From Candidatus Moraniibacteriota bacterium (GTDB lineage Bacteria > Patescibacteriota > Minisyncoccia > Moranbacterales > GCA-2747515): DNA of 33,385 bases. The translations under genes were made by a program, and so were the position numbers. Location: positions 5,771-39,155 of the forward strand of contig JALVPE010000040.1 of assembly GCA_027031945.1 (NCBI GenBank). The letters run 5' to 3'. The stretch's first letter is position 1. Each line of letters begins with the position of its first letter. The notes under the pieces are model-generated. The model saw only the letters and a list, made by a program, of their open reading frames with translations. It was not told where the DNA came from and made no database searches. Positions 16,601 to 25,384 of the stretch are shown here, in pieces.

Positions 16601-17056
16601 ATAGACGGTAAAACTGGTAGACCATTTGATAATGAATCAACTGTGGGTGTTATGTATATTATGAAATTAAATCACCTTGTTGATGATAAATTACATATGC
16701 GTTCTATTGGGCCATATTCACTTATTACACAACAACCACTTGGAGGTAAAGCTCAATTTGGTGGACAGCGTTTTGGAGAAATGGAAGTGTGGGCACTTGA
16801 AGGTTATGGGGCAGCACACACTTTACAAGAAATGCTTACAATTAAATCAGATGATGTACTTGGACGTTCAAAGGCATATGAATCGATCATTAAAGGGGAA
16901 GAGATTAAAAGTCCAAATCTTCCAGCTTCATTTCATGTATTGGTAAATGAACTTAAAGGATTATGTTTGAATGTAAATCTCATTGGACAAAAGGTCGAGT
17001 CTAATGATGCAAGTAGAGAAGACAACACAAAGGATGTAGGCGTAGATGAAAAGTAA
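13631..17056 (+). CDS. rpoB: DNA-directed RNA polymerase subunit beta
   Basis: The ORF opens at 13613. GGGAGG at 13618-13623 favours the ATG at 13631. Motifs: [64 protein letters not shown] and [14 protein letters not shown]. Confidence 0.95.
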   Translation: [1141 protein letters not shown]

Positions 17057-17123
17057 TCTTTGGTGTTGAAATTTCAACAGATAAGTATTTAAACATCTAA
17101 AATATACTTTTAAAGTAAAAAAT

Positions 17124-20100
17124 ATGGAAAATAGCATAACAAAAGTTAGTGATTTTGATAGTGTTCAGTTACGTCTTGCTTCGACTGAAGATATTCTTGA
17201 ATGGTCAAGTGGTGAAGTCACAAAACCCGAGACAATTAATTATCGTACACAACGATTTGAGATGGATGGTCTATTTTGTGAAAGAATTTTTGGTCCATCA
17301 AAAGATTGGGAATGTTATTGTGGAAAGTACAAGCGCATTCGATATAAGGGTATAACTTGTGATAAATGTGGAGTTGAAGTAACTCGTTCAATTATTCGTC
17401 GTGAAAGAATGGGGCATATTAAATTAGCTGTACCGGTGTCTCATATTTGGTTTTTACGTGGTATTCCAAGTAAAATTGGGTTGGCTCTAGGTCTTTCGCC
17501 ACAAGCACTGGAAAAAGTAATTTATTTTTCCTCGTATATTATTACTGATGTAGATTTGGAAGCACGTAAGCAAGCATTGGAAAATCTAGAGAGTGAATTC
17601 AAACATAAACAGAAAGAGCTACAAAATACTGATGATAAAGATGTGCTGCAAGAACTGAAAAAACAATTTCGTTCAAAGCGTGATGCACTCAAAAATATGG
17701 AAAAATACAACATTTTAACAGAAGTGGAGTATTTTAATTTATCTACAAGTTTTGGACAAGTGTTTTCTGCGGGTATTGGAGCTGAAGCTATAAGAGAACT
17801 TTTGGTTGAAATGGATATTGATAAAATGAGTGAGGAATTGGCTCAAAAAGTTGATGAAGCTGATTCAATTATGAAGAAAAAAATATTGAAACGAATTAAG
17901 TTTTATCAAGGGATTAAAAAGGCAAATATTAAACTTGAATGGATGTTGCCAACGGTCATTCCGGTTATTCCACCGGATTTACGTCCGATGGTTGCTTTAG
18001 ATGGTGGACGTTTTGCGACCTCTGACTTAAATGATTTGTATCGTCGTATCATAAATAGAAACAATCGTCTTAAAAAGTTAATGGAATTGCATGCTCCGGA
18101 GGTTATTACGCGAAATGAAAAGCGTATGTTGCAAGAGGCTGTTGACGCATTATTTGATAATAGTGCTCGTCGTGGACAAGCATCTGTAGCGGCCTCAACG
18201 GGACAACGTCGAGCCCTTAGATCACTTGCAGATTCTTTGAAGGGTAAACAGGGACGTTTTCGACAAAATTTATTGGGTAAGCGTGTTGATTATTCAGGTC
18301 GTAGTGTAATTGTGATTGGGCCTCAGTTAAAGTTGCATCAGGCTGGATTACCAAAGCGTATGGCACTTGAATTATTCAAACCATTTATTATCAATAAATT
18401 AATCGAGCGTGAGTATGCACATAATGTACGTACAGCTGGAAAAATGGTTGATAATGAAACCGAAGAAGCATATGAAATTCTTGATGATATTATTTCACAT
18501 CATTATGTAATGCTTAACCGTGCACCGACACTTCACAGGTTGTCCATTCAAGCATTTCAACCGGTACTTATTGAAGGTAAGGCAATCCAGTTACATCCTA
18601 TGGTATGTGCCGCATTTAATGCTGATTTTGATGGTGATCAGATGGCAGTTCATGTTCCCCTTACAAAAGACGCACGTGAAGAATGTGCAAATATTATGCT
18701 TTCTTCAAAAAATCTTATCAAACCGGCAAGTGGAGACCCTATTACAACTCCTTCACTTGATTTGGTGCTTGGCGTTTATTATCTAACTCATATTAAAAAA
18801 GGTGCAAAGGGTGAAGGTAAAATTTTTGCAGGAATTGATGAAGCAATATTAGCTTATCAAAATGATATTATTGATGTTAATGCTGAAATTTATTTGCAGT
18901 ATAAGAAAAAGACTTATAAAACTTCAACAGGACGTGCGATGTTTAATGATATTTTGCCGGAGAGTATGCGGTTTATTAATGAAGAATTAACAAAAGTGGA
19001 GTTAAAGAGTATTGTTGCGACGATGTTGGAAACTGTTGGTCAAGACGAAACAGCATTATTTATTGATAAAGTCAAACATTTAGGATTTAAAAATGTTACA
19101 CTCTCAGGTATTAGTTGGGGAATGGATGACTTAAAGGTCCCGGAAGAAAAGGAAACAATCTTAAAGAAGGCGCAAGAAAAAGTAGCAGAGGTTCGAGAAA
19201 ATTATGATATGGGACTCCTAACAGAAGAAGAGCGAAAAAATCGTTCTATTGATGTATGGAATAAAGCAAAAGATGAAATTACAGAGGTTGTGAGAAATGG
19301 ACTTGATAAAGAAGGTCCGGTTTATTCGATGGTTTATTCTAAAGCTCGTGGTAGTGAATCAGTTGTGGTTCAAATGACCGGTATGAAAGGTCTTATGGCT
19401 GGAGCAACTGGTGAGACCTTGGAATTACCAGTACGAAGTTCATATAAAGAAGGACTTGATGTTTTGGAGTATTTTATCTCAACTCATGGTGCTCGTAAAG
19501 GTATGGCTGATACAGCACTTCGTACGGCAACAGCTGGTTATTTAACTCGTAGGCTAGTGGATGTAGCTCAAGATGTGATTGTTACTGAAGAAGATTGTGG
19601 TGATAAGATTGGTGGATTTGTTTATCGTGAAGATTCAGATCGTATCGGACTTGATTTTGCTTCTCGTGTTGTGGGACGAACTGCATTGGGAGCAATTAAG
19701 CATCCAAAAACTGGTAAAGTACTTGCTAAGTCTGGTGATTTAATTGATAAAAAGCAGGCTGCAGCAATTGATAAATCTGGAATTGATAAAGTAAAGATTC
19801 GTACGGCAACATCTTGTAAAACACTTAGAGGAATTTGTCAGAAGTGTTATGGTTTAGATTTGGGTCGCAGCAATTTGGTTGCTATGGGTCAAGCGGTTGG
19901 AACCGTGGCAGCTCAAGCTATTGGAGAGCCTGGTACACAACTAACTATGCGTACTTTCCATATTGGAGGCGTAGCTGGAAGTGATATTACGCAAGGACTT
20001 CCTCGTGTTGAGGAAATTTTTGAGGCACGTTCTCCAAAAGGAGAGGCAATTATTTCTGAAATTGATGGTAAAGTTGTTGAAATTGAAGATGATGGCGGCA

Positions 20101-20693
20101 AGACCATTACAGTTGTTATTGAAACCACTGATAAAAAGAAAAAGCAGAAAAAATATAGCGTGCCAGCAAATTCTACACTTAATGTTGCAAAAGGTGATTT
20201 GGTTGCAATTGGTTCACAATTGAATGAGGGACATATTGATTTGAAAAAATTGTATGCAACAATGGGTAAGGAGGCAGTGCATAGATATATTGTTAGTGAA
20301 ATTCAAGAAATTTATGCTTCACAAGGTGAGGGTATTAATGACAAACATATTGAAATTATTATCAGACAAATGTTCTCACGTGTTAGAGTTAAAGATGCTG
20401 GGGATACAACTTTAATTCCGGGTGAAATTGTGGAATTAAGTGAATTCAATGATGCAAATACTGAAGTGGGAAGCGGTAAAGTAGCAGAAGGAGAACCGAT
20501 GATACTTGGTATTACAAAAGTTGCTCTGTCTACTGAATCATTCTTGTCAGCTGCATCATTCCAAGAAACTGCTCGTGTACTTATAAACGCAGCAATTTCA
20601 GGAAAGAAAGATCATCTCCGAGGTTTGAAAGAAAATGTCATCATTGGACGATTGATTCCGGCAGGAACAGGGTTTCGGAAAGGTAAAAGATAA
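17124..20693 (+). CDS. rpoC: DNA-directed RNA polymerase subunit beta'
   Basis: 1189 aa. Zn-finger CYCGKYKRIRYKGITCDKCGVEV; catalytic NADFDGDQMAVHVP; RAPTLHRLSIQAF. Its size is that of the Firmicutes-type beta', without the large lineage-specific insertion. Confidence 0.95.
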   Translation: MENSITKVSDFDSVQLRLASTEDILEWSSGEVTKPETINYRTQRFEMDGLFCERIFGPSKDWECYCGKYKRIRYKGITCDKCGVEVTRSIIRRERMGHIKLAVPVSHIWFLRGIPSKIGLALGLSPQALEKVIYFSSYIITDVDLEARKQALENLESEFKHKQKELQNTDDKDVLQELKKQFRSKRDALKNMEKYNILTEVEYFNLSTSFGQVFSAGIGAEAIRELLVEMDIDKMSEELAQKVDEADSIMKKKILKRIKFYQGIKKANIKLEWMLPTVIPVIPPDLRPMVALDGGRFATSDLNDLYRRIINRNNRLKKLMELHAPEVITRNEKRMLQEAVDALFDNSARRGQASVAASTGQRRALRSLADSLKGKQGRFRQNLLGKRVDYSGRSVIVIGPQLKLHQAGLPKRMALELFKPFIINKLIEREYAHNVRTAGKMVDNETEEAYEILDDIISHHYVMLNRAPTLHRLSIQAFQPVLIEGKAIQLHPMVCAAFNADFDGDQMAVHVPLTKDAREECANIMLSSKNLIKPASGDPITTPSLDLVLGVYYLTHIKKGAKGEGKIFAGIDEAILAYQNDIIDVNAEIYLQYKKKTYKTSTGRAMFNDILPESMRFINEELTKVELKSIVATMLETVGQDETALFIDKVKHLGFKNVTLSGISWGMDDLKVPEEKETILKKAQEKVAEVRENYDMGLLTEEERKNRSIDVWNKAKDEITEVVRNGLDKEGPVYSMVYSKARGSESVVVQMTGMKGLMAGATGETLELPVRSSYKEGLDVLEYFISTHGARKGMADTALRTATAGYLTRRLVDVAQDVIVTEEDCGDKIGGFVYREDSDRIGLDFASRVVGRTALGAIKHPKTGKVLAKSGDLIDKKQAAAIDKSGIDKVKIRTATSCKTLRGICQKCYGLDLGRSNLVAMGQAVGTVAAQAIGEPGTQLTMRTFHIGGVAGSDITQGLPRVEEIFEARSPKGEAIISEIDGKVVEIEDDGGKTITVVIETTDKKKKQKKYSVPANSTLNVAKGDLVAIGSQLNEGHIDLKKLYATMGKEAVHRYIVSEIQEIYASQGEGINDKHIEIIIRQMFSRVRVKDAGDTTLIPGEIVELSEFNDANTEVGSGKVAEGEPMILGITKVALSTESFLSAASFQETARVLINAAISGKKDHLRGLKENVIIGRLIPAGTGFRKGKR

Positions 20694-20735
20694 AAAATAA
20701 ATCGCACGCACAAGGAATTAAGCGCGATTTAAATC

Positions 20736-20765
20736 AAAAAATCGACCAATTAGGTCGGTTTTTTG
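20736..20765 (+). terminator. Rho-independent terminator after rpoC
   Basis: An A-run, then a CGACC / GGTCG stem (20743-20747 / 20753-20757) that A/T pairing extends, then TTTTTT. A second AAATCGC/GCGATTT hairpin lies at 20699-20730. Confidence 0.7.
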
Positions 20766-20766
20766 A

Positions 20767-20795
20767 TTGACAAATAAAGTATGTGATGATAACAT
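20767..20795 (+). promoter_or_regulatory. Candidate promoter (TTGACA-N17-TAACAT)
   Basis: TTGACA at 20767-20772, a 17-nt spacer, then TAACAT at 20790-20795. It sits 55 nt upstream of the ATG at 20850, which is preceded by AAGAGGAA. Confidence 0.5.
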
Positions 20796-20849
20796 AAATT
20801 GCTAAAATAGTTTTTTAACAATAATCATTTTACATTAAGAGGAATTAAA

Positions 20850-21374
20850 ATGGCACGAAATTTGGAAGAATTAAGTTTGGCAGTAGCAGACGTTGAGAAT
20901 ATTTTTTTTGAAGCGATGCTTGCCGGATATGTGTGTGTTGATAAAGTTAAAACAAAAGATATGCCAGGTATGCCGGGTTATAAATTCACAGAATTTGTAG
21001 ATAGTGATTTTTGTGTTAAGGATATTTGGTGTAAGTCATCCGGATTTACATCAATTTGGTATAAAGGCACGCTCATTTGGACCATGCATTATGGTGGTCA
21101 GTATCCAAAAGAATGTATTAATTTTTTGAAAGAGGCTTTATTAACATCATATCAAGCACGAGTATTTAATGGCGGAAGAGGTCCATCGCACTATAATGCA
21201 ATGTATAACGAACACACAAAACATTTAATAGCACACAAAAAATATCGTTATGTGAACAATATTTTGCCAGGTAGTGATTTTACATCATTTGCAGGCAAGG
21301 AATATATTTGTAGTCATTTTCAAGAAGAACATGTAATATTTGGATGGCATTATTATTTTGGAGGACTAGTTTAA
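20850..21374 (+). CDS. Hypothetical protein, DUF5680-like (tentative)
   Basis: 174 aa. From memory, the pattern W.MHYGG......FLKEAL........GGRGP...Y.Y.N...G....F.G.E.I....Y.GG matches the DUF5680 family. Not verified by search. Confidence 0.5.
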   Translation: MARNLEELSLAVADVENIFFEAMLAGYVCVDKVKTKDMPGMPGYKFTEFVDSDFCVKDIWCKSSGFTSIWYKGTLIWTMHYGGQYPKECINFLKEALLTSYQARVFNGGRGPSHYNAMYNEHTKHLIAHKKYRYVNNILPGSDFTSFAGKEYICSHFQEEHVIFGWHYYFGGLV

Positions 21375-21379
21375 ACTGT

Positions 21380-21418
21380 AAAACAGTATTTATAGAAATA
21401 TTATAAATACTGTTTTTT
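21380..21418. terminator. Bidirectional terminator between convergent genes
   Basis: AAAACAGTATTTATA / TATAAATACTGTTTT form a 15-bp perfect stem (21380-21394 / 21402-21416) with A/T runs on both sides. The right arm overlaps the last codons of the short sufD. Confidence 0.8.
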
Positions 21419-21943
21419 GATATTTTTTATCTCAGCTATAAAGCCATGAATTAAAAGTTGTTCAGCTTTTTTGGTAGATATGCCACGTGACATGAGGTAA
21501 TAGATTTGATTTTTGTTTAGGGGAGAGGTAGTGGCTGCATGTGTACATTCTACTTGACCTGGAATTATTTCTAATTGAGGTTTTGTTATTGCGCGAGCAG
21601 ATTTACTCAACAGTAAGTTATGATTTGTAAGGTGTGCGATAGAGTTTGTCGCTTTTTTATCTATACATATTGTTCCTGTAAAATTAAGTGTACTTTTATC
21701 GTCAAGTACACTTTTTATAATCGATCGACTCGTTGCATTGGGTGATATGTGATTTTGTGTAATGTTAAGTGTAAAATTATCTTCTTCTCTCTCTTGATAT
21801 AATCCATAAATATAAACATTAACATTTTCGCATGCAATATTAAAAGTTATATCACCATTTTTATTTTCAAAGTAAAAAACATACTCACCAGGTTTTGTAA
21901 TTTCATAGGTAGTTTGGTTATCATTTGTGATATTTTCGTACAT
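21401..21943 (-). CDS. sufD: Short SufD-like Fe-S assembly protein (C-terminal SufB/D core only)
   Basis: 180 aa. THAATTSPLNKNQIYYLMSRGISTKKAEQLLIHGFI aligns by eye with SHEASIESIDDEKLFYFMSRGLTETQARSMMVNGFI of the adjacent SufB. Its start is 9 nt downstream of the sufB stop. Confidence 0.75.
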   Translation of the reverse strand: MYENITNDNQTTYEITKPGEYVFYFENKNGDITFNIACENVNVYIYGLYQEREEDNFTLNITQNHISPNATSRSIIKSVLDDKSTLNFTGTICIDKKATNSIAHLTNHNLLLSKSARAITKPQLEIIPGQVECTHAATTSPLNKNQIYYLMSRGISTKKAEQLLIHGFIAEIKNIKKQYL

Positions 21944-21952
21944 ACACTTTAT

Positions 21953-23359
21953 TTATCCAATTGAATTTTCCATTTCCATGTTTATTAGTCTGTATAGTTC
22001 AACAGAATATTCCAAGGGAATTTCCTTTGTGATTTCATCTATAAACCCGTTTACCATCATACTTCTTGCTTGAGTTTCTGTTAGCCCTCTAGACATAAAA
22101 TAAAATAGTTTTTCGTCGTCTATGCTTTCTATGCTTGCCTCATGTGAAATTGTTGCAGAAATTTCTTGTGTATCCATTGTGGGATAGGTGTTTGATTTAG
22201 AATTATTATCTAAAAGCATAGCATCACACTGTGTGTAACTCTTAGCATTTTTAGCTGATTGCGTGGTTTTGATGAGTCCACGATAATTTGATATACCACC
22301 ATTCATTGATATTGATTTAGAGACAATATTTGATGTTGTGTTTGGTGCGGCGTGAATCATTTTTGCGCCAGTATCAAGTGTTTGATTTTTGCCAGCAAGA
22401 GCCATAGACAAAACACTTCCGCGAGCTCCATCGCCAGCGAGTATTACGGCAGGATATTTCATAGTGACGCCAGAACCAATGTTGCAATCCACCCATTCCA
22501 TCACAGCACTTTCATCAGCACGTGCTCGTTTTGTTACGAGATTGTAAATATTTGTGCTCCAATTTTGAATTGTTGTGTATCTAAGCTTTGCATTTTTTAG
22601 GACAAATATTTCTACAACTGCAGCGTGAAGTGATTGGGTAGAATATGACGGAGCAGTACATCCCTCGATGTAATGCACAGATGAACCTTCATCCGCTATT
22701 ATGAGAGTGCGTTCAAATTGACCAAAACGTTCTGCGTTTATGCGAAAATATGCTTGTAATGGTAATTTTACATGAACACCCTTTGGAACATATATGAATG
22801 ATCCACCACTCCATACAGCAGAATTTAGTGCTGCAAATTTATTATCTGTTGGTGGTATTAATTTACTAAAATATTTTTTTACAAGCTCGGTATGTTCACG
22901 TACAGCTGTATCCATATCACAAAAAATCACTCCCAAGTCGTTTAATTCTTTTTCAATAGATTCATATACTACTTCACTTTCATATTGTGCGCTTACGCCA
23001 CCAAGCCACTCTTTTTCATGTTCGGGCACTCCAATTCTGTCATAAGTTTCTTTGATTTCATCAGGTAAATCTTCCCAAGAGGTTCCTTGTTTATCAGTTG
23101 CTCGTAAAAAATATGTAATATCATTAAAATCAATTTTTGATAAATTTGGTCCCCATGTTGGCATTGGTAATTTTTGAAATGTAGTATAAGATTGTTGACG
23201 AAAATCTTGCATCCATTTCGATTCTTTTTTGTAATTACTAATGGATTGGACAATTTTTGAGTTTATGCCACGTTTAACCTTGCTTGTTGTAATTTCGGGC
23301 ATAGCAAAATCATGGTTTCTGTTGAAATTTAAATCATTTGTTACTGTATTTTTTGTCAT
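21953..23359 (-). CDS. sufB: Fe-S cluster assembly protein SufB
   Basis: 468 aa, canonical SufB length and motifs (FRINAERFGQFERTLIIADEGSSVHYIEGCTAP, KYPAVIL.G). Its start overlaps the sufC stop by 1 nt (TAATG). Confidence 0.9.
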   Translation of the reverse strand: MTKNTVTNDLNFNRNHDFAMPEITTSKVKRGINSKIVQSISNYKKESKWMQDFRQQSYTTFQKLPMPTWGPNLSKIDFNDITYFLRATDKQGTSWEDLPDEIKETYDRIGVPEHEKEWLGGVSAQYESEVVYESIEKELNDLGVIFCDMDTAVREHTELVKKYFSKLIPPTDNKFAALNSAVWSGGSFIYVPKGVHVKLPLQAYFRINAERFGQFERTLIIADEGSSVHYIEGCTAPSYSTQSLHAAVVEIFVLKNAKLRYTTIQNWSTNIYNLVTKRARADESAVMEWVDCNIGSGVTMKYPAVILAGDGARGSVLSMALAGKNQTLDTGAKMIHAAPNTTSNIVSKSISMNGGISNYRGLIKTTQSAKNAKSYTQCDAMLLDNNSKSNTYPTMDTQEISATISHEASIESIDDEKLFYFMSRGLTETQARSMMVNGFIDEITKEIPLEYSVELYRLINMEMENSIG

Positions 23360-24072
23360 TATTTTTGGTAACCTTCAGATTCAATTATTTTTGCAAGTGA
23401 TGCATTGCCTTTTTGTGCAATTGTACCATCTTTCATAACAATTACTTCATCAACAGGCAAATAAGAGAGTATACGATTATAGTGCGTAATAAGAATAAGT
23501 GTTTTTGTTGTATTTGCAATAAAAGCCTTTAAAAAATTAGCAATAATTTTTAGAGCATCAACATCAACACCAGTATCAATTTCATCCAGTATTACGTATT
23601 GAGGATTTAAGATTGCAGCTTGTAAAACCTCCATTTTTTTTCGTTCACCACCACTGAAATTATGATTGAGAGAGCGAGATAATAATTCTTTGGGGATTTT
23701 TAATTGATTGGCTACTTCTTTAATTTTTTGAGTTAGTGCCTTGCTAGTCATGGTATCACGTGAAATAGCAGTCCTGAGTAATTGTTGTACGGTAACGCCT
23801 GGAATAGCAATGGGGGATTGAGGTGATAAAAATATTCCCTTTTGTGCTCGTTTATTTGTAGGTAGCTTAGTAATATCCACATTATCACATATAAGGGAAC
23901 CTTTATTTACATGCATTATAGGGTTTCCCATTATTGTTTTTACAAGAGAACTTTTGCCAGAACCATTTATGCCCATAATGGCATAAACTTTACCTTTGTT
24001 AAAATCAAGTGTAATATCATGGAGTATTTCTTTTTCTTCAGCAGAAACTGTAAGATTTTTTATTGATAGCAT
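23359..24072 (-). CDS. sufC: Fe-S cluster assembly ATPase SufC
   Basis: 237 aa. Walker A GINGSGKSS, ABC signature FSGGERKK, Walker B YVILDEIDTGVD, and H-loop ITHY. Confidence 0.9.
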   Translation of the reverse strand: MLSIKNLTVSAEEKEILHDITLDFNKGKVYAIMGINGSGKSSLVKTIMGNPIMHVNKGSLICDNVDITKLPTNKRAQKGIFLSPQSPIAIPGVTVQQLLRTAISRDTMTSKALTQKIKEVANQLKIPKELLSRSLNHNFSGGERKKMEVLQAAILNPQYVILDEIDTGVDVDALKIIANFLKAFIANTTKTLILITHYNRILSYLPVDEVIVMKDGTIAQKGNASLAKIIESEGYQK

Positions 24073-24075
24073 ATG

Positions 24076-24324
24076 TTATTTTTTAGTATCAAAAAAATGT
24101 TTATTTGCAAAAGCACGATCAGAACCAGATTTGAGATATTTTTCAAAGTTGTAAGCAATATATTTAGTTTTGAATGCAAAATATGCATGTAATGTTACTG
24201 GTAATATATTTTGTGTGGCAATAACATAGCCATTTTTATGACGAGTTATTCTTTCTTGTAAGTTTTTGGTACAACCTACGTATTGTATATTATTTTTACA
24301 AATTAAAATATATACGTAATACAT
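24076..24324 (-). CDS. Stand-alone GIY-YIG nuclease-domain protein (YhbQ/UPF0213-like)
   Basis: 82 aa. YVYILICKNNIQYVGCTKNLQERITRHKNG ... NFEKYLK matches GIY-(10 aa)-YVG, the R..H motif and the catalytic Glu. Its stop lies 3 nt before the sufC ATG. Confidence 0.75.
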   Translation of the reverse strand: MYYVYILICKNNIQYVGCTKNLQERITRHKNGYVIATQNILPVTLHAYFAFKTKYIAYNFEKYLKSGSDRAFANKHFFDTKK

Positions 24325-24368
24325 AGACTATTTATTTTATAGTTGAATTTTCTCCTTCGCAACCTACA

Positions 24369-24403
24369 GCGGACTGTGTCCGCCATAGCTCGCTTCGGCG
24401 AGC
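24369..24403 (-). other. Two adjacent GC-rich hairpins just 3' of tRNA-Ser
   Basis: Minus sense: GCUCGC-CGAA-GCGAGC (24403-24388) and GCGGAC-ACA-GUCCGC (24383-24369). Both are 6-bp perfect G/C-rich stems in an otherwise AT-rich spacer. Neither is followed by a U-tract. Confidence 0.8.
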
Positions 24404-24408
24404 GACGG

Positions 24409-24495
24409 CGGAGGCGGAGGGATTCGAACCCCCGGTCCCCGTGAAGGGACTTCGGTTTTCAAGACCGATGCATTCGACCACTCTGCCACGCCTCC
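24409..24495 (-). tRNA. tRNA-Ser (anticodon UGA), class II with a long variable arm
   Basis: Minus strand: GGAGGCGUGGCAGAGUGGUCGAAUGCAUCGGUCUUGAAAACCGAAGUCCCUUCACGGGGACCGGGGGUUCGAAUCCCUCCGCCUCCG. Acceptor GGAGGCG/CGCCUCC, anticodon loop CUUGAAA, variable-arm stem GUCCC/GGGAC, T-loop UUCGAAU. CCA is not encoded. Confidence 0.9.
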
Positions 24496-24601
24496 AATAT
24501 TTAGTCTAAAATCATTGAACTCTCGTAGATTTATATCATAGCAGGTGGTATAGATTTTGTAAATATGTTAATATAGAATATAGAAAAAATAAAAAATTAC
24601 T

Positions 24602-25384
24602 ATGTCAATGAATTTGCGTGAAAATAAAATAGATAAATTCAAAAGTATAAAAAATAAAGGCTTTTTTGGTAGTCAAAAGAAGCTTAAGCGACCAAAACAA
24701 AATAAAAAAATACAGGGACCAATTCAATATAAATTAGAATCTGATGTTCAAAAAAAAGCAGGTCGTAAAACTCGAGTACAACAAGATAAAAGTATACAAA
24801 ATATAAAAAGTGAAAAATGGATTCGTAAAAAGCCAAAACCAAAACTTCCAGAAGAAAAGTTAGAATATCAAGAAACAGTTGAATATGTGAAAAAATATTC
24901 ACAGTATTTAAAAAAAAATTCGGAAGATGTGTTGGTGCATTGGCGAGGGCCTGATTTTGAGCATTATCCACGTAGTAAAAAATGGTATACGGGCGTTTCA
25001 ATTATTGTAGCATTGATTGTATTTTATGCTGTATGGACAGATAGCATTATGATGGCAATTGTGTTTACACTTATTTGGCTTGTGGGTTATTTGCAATTAT
25101 CACGACCACAAATGGTTATTGATTTTGCAGTCACATATGATGGGATATTGGTAGGAGATGAAATGTATGATTTTGATGATATAAAATCTTTCTGGATTTT
25201 TTATGAACCACCACACACACGAATCATTAGCTTGCATATGAAAGGGTATTTACGACCATATTTACACATCCCACTCCATCAAGTTGATCCGGTTATTGTT
25301 CATGAAAAACTTTTAGAATTTATTCCGGAAGAAAAACAAGAACAGAATTTTGTTGATATATTGGAGAGATTGCTTCATATGTGA
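24602..25384 (+). CDS. Hypothetical membrane protein (basic N-terminus, 2 TM spans, C-terminal globular domain)
   Basis: 260 aa. K/Q-rich N-terminal ~110 aa, two adjacent hydrophobic spans (GVSIIVALIVFYAVW, MMAIVFTLIWLVGYL), then ~100 aa that could be a bacterial PH-like domain. That last call is a guess. Confidence 0.55.
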   Translation: MSMNLRENKIDKFKSIKNKGFFGSQKKLKRPKQNKKIQGPIQYKLESDVQKKAGRKTRVQQDKSIQNIKSEKWIRKKPKPKLPEEKLEYQETVEYVKKYSQYLKKNSEDVLVHWRGPDFEHYPRSKKWYTGVSIIVALIVFYAVWTDSIMMAIVFTLIWLVGYLQLSRPQMVIDFAVTYDGILVGDEMYDFDDIKSFWIFYEPPHTRIISLHMKGYLRPYLHIPLHQVDPVIVHEKLLEFIPEEKQEQNFVDILERLLHM

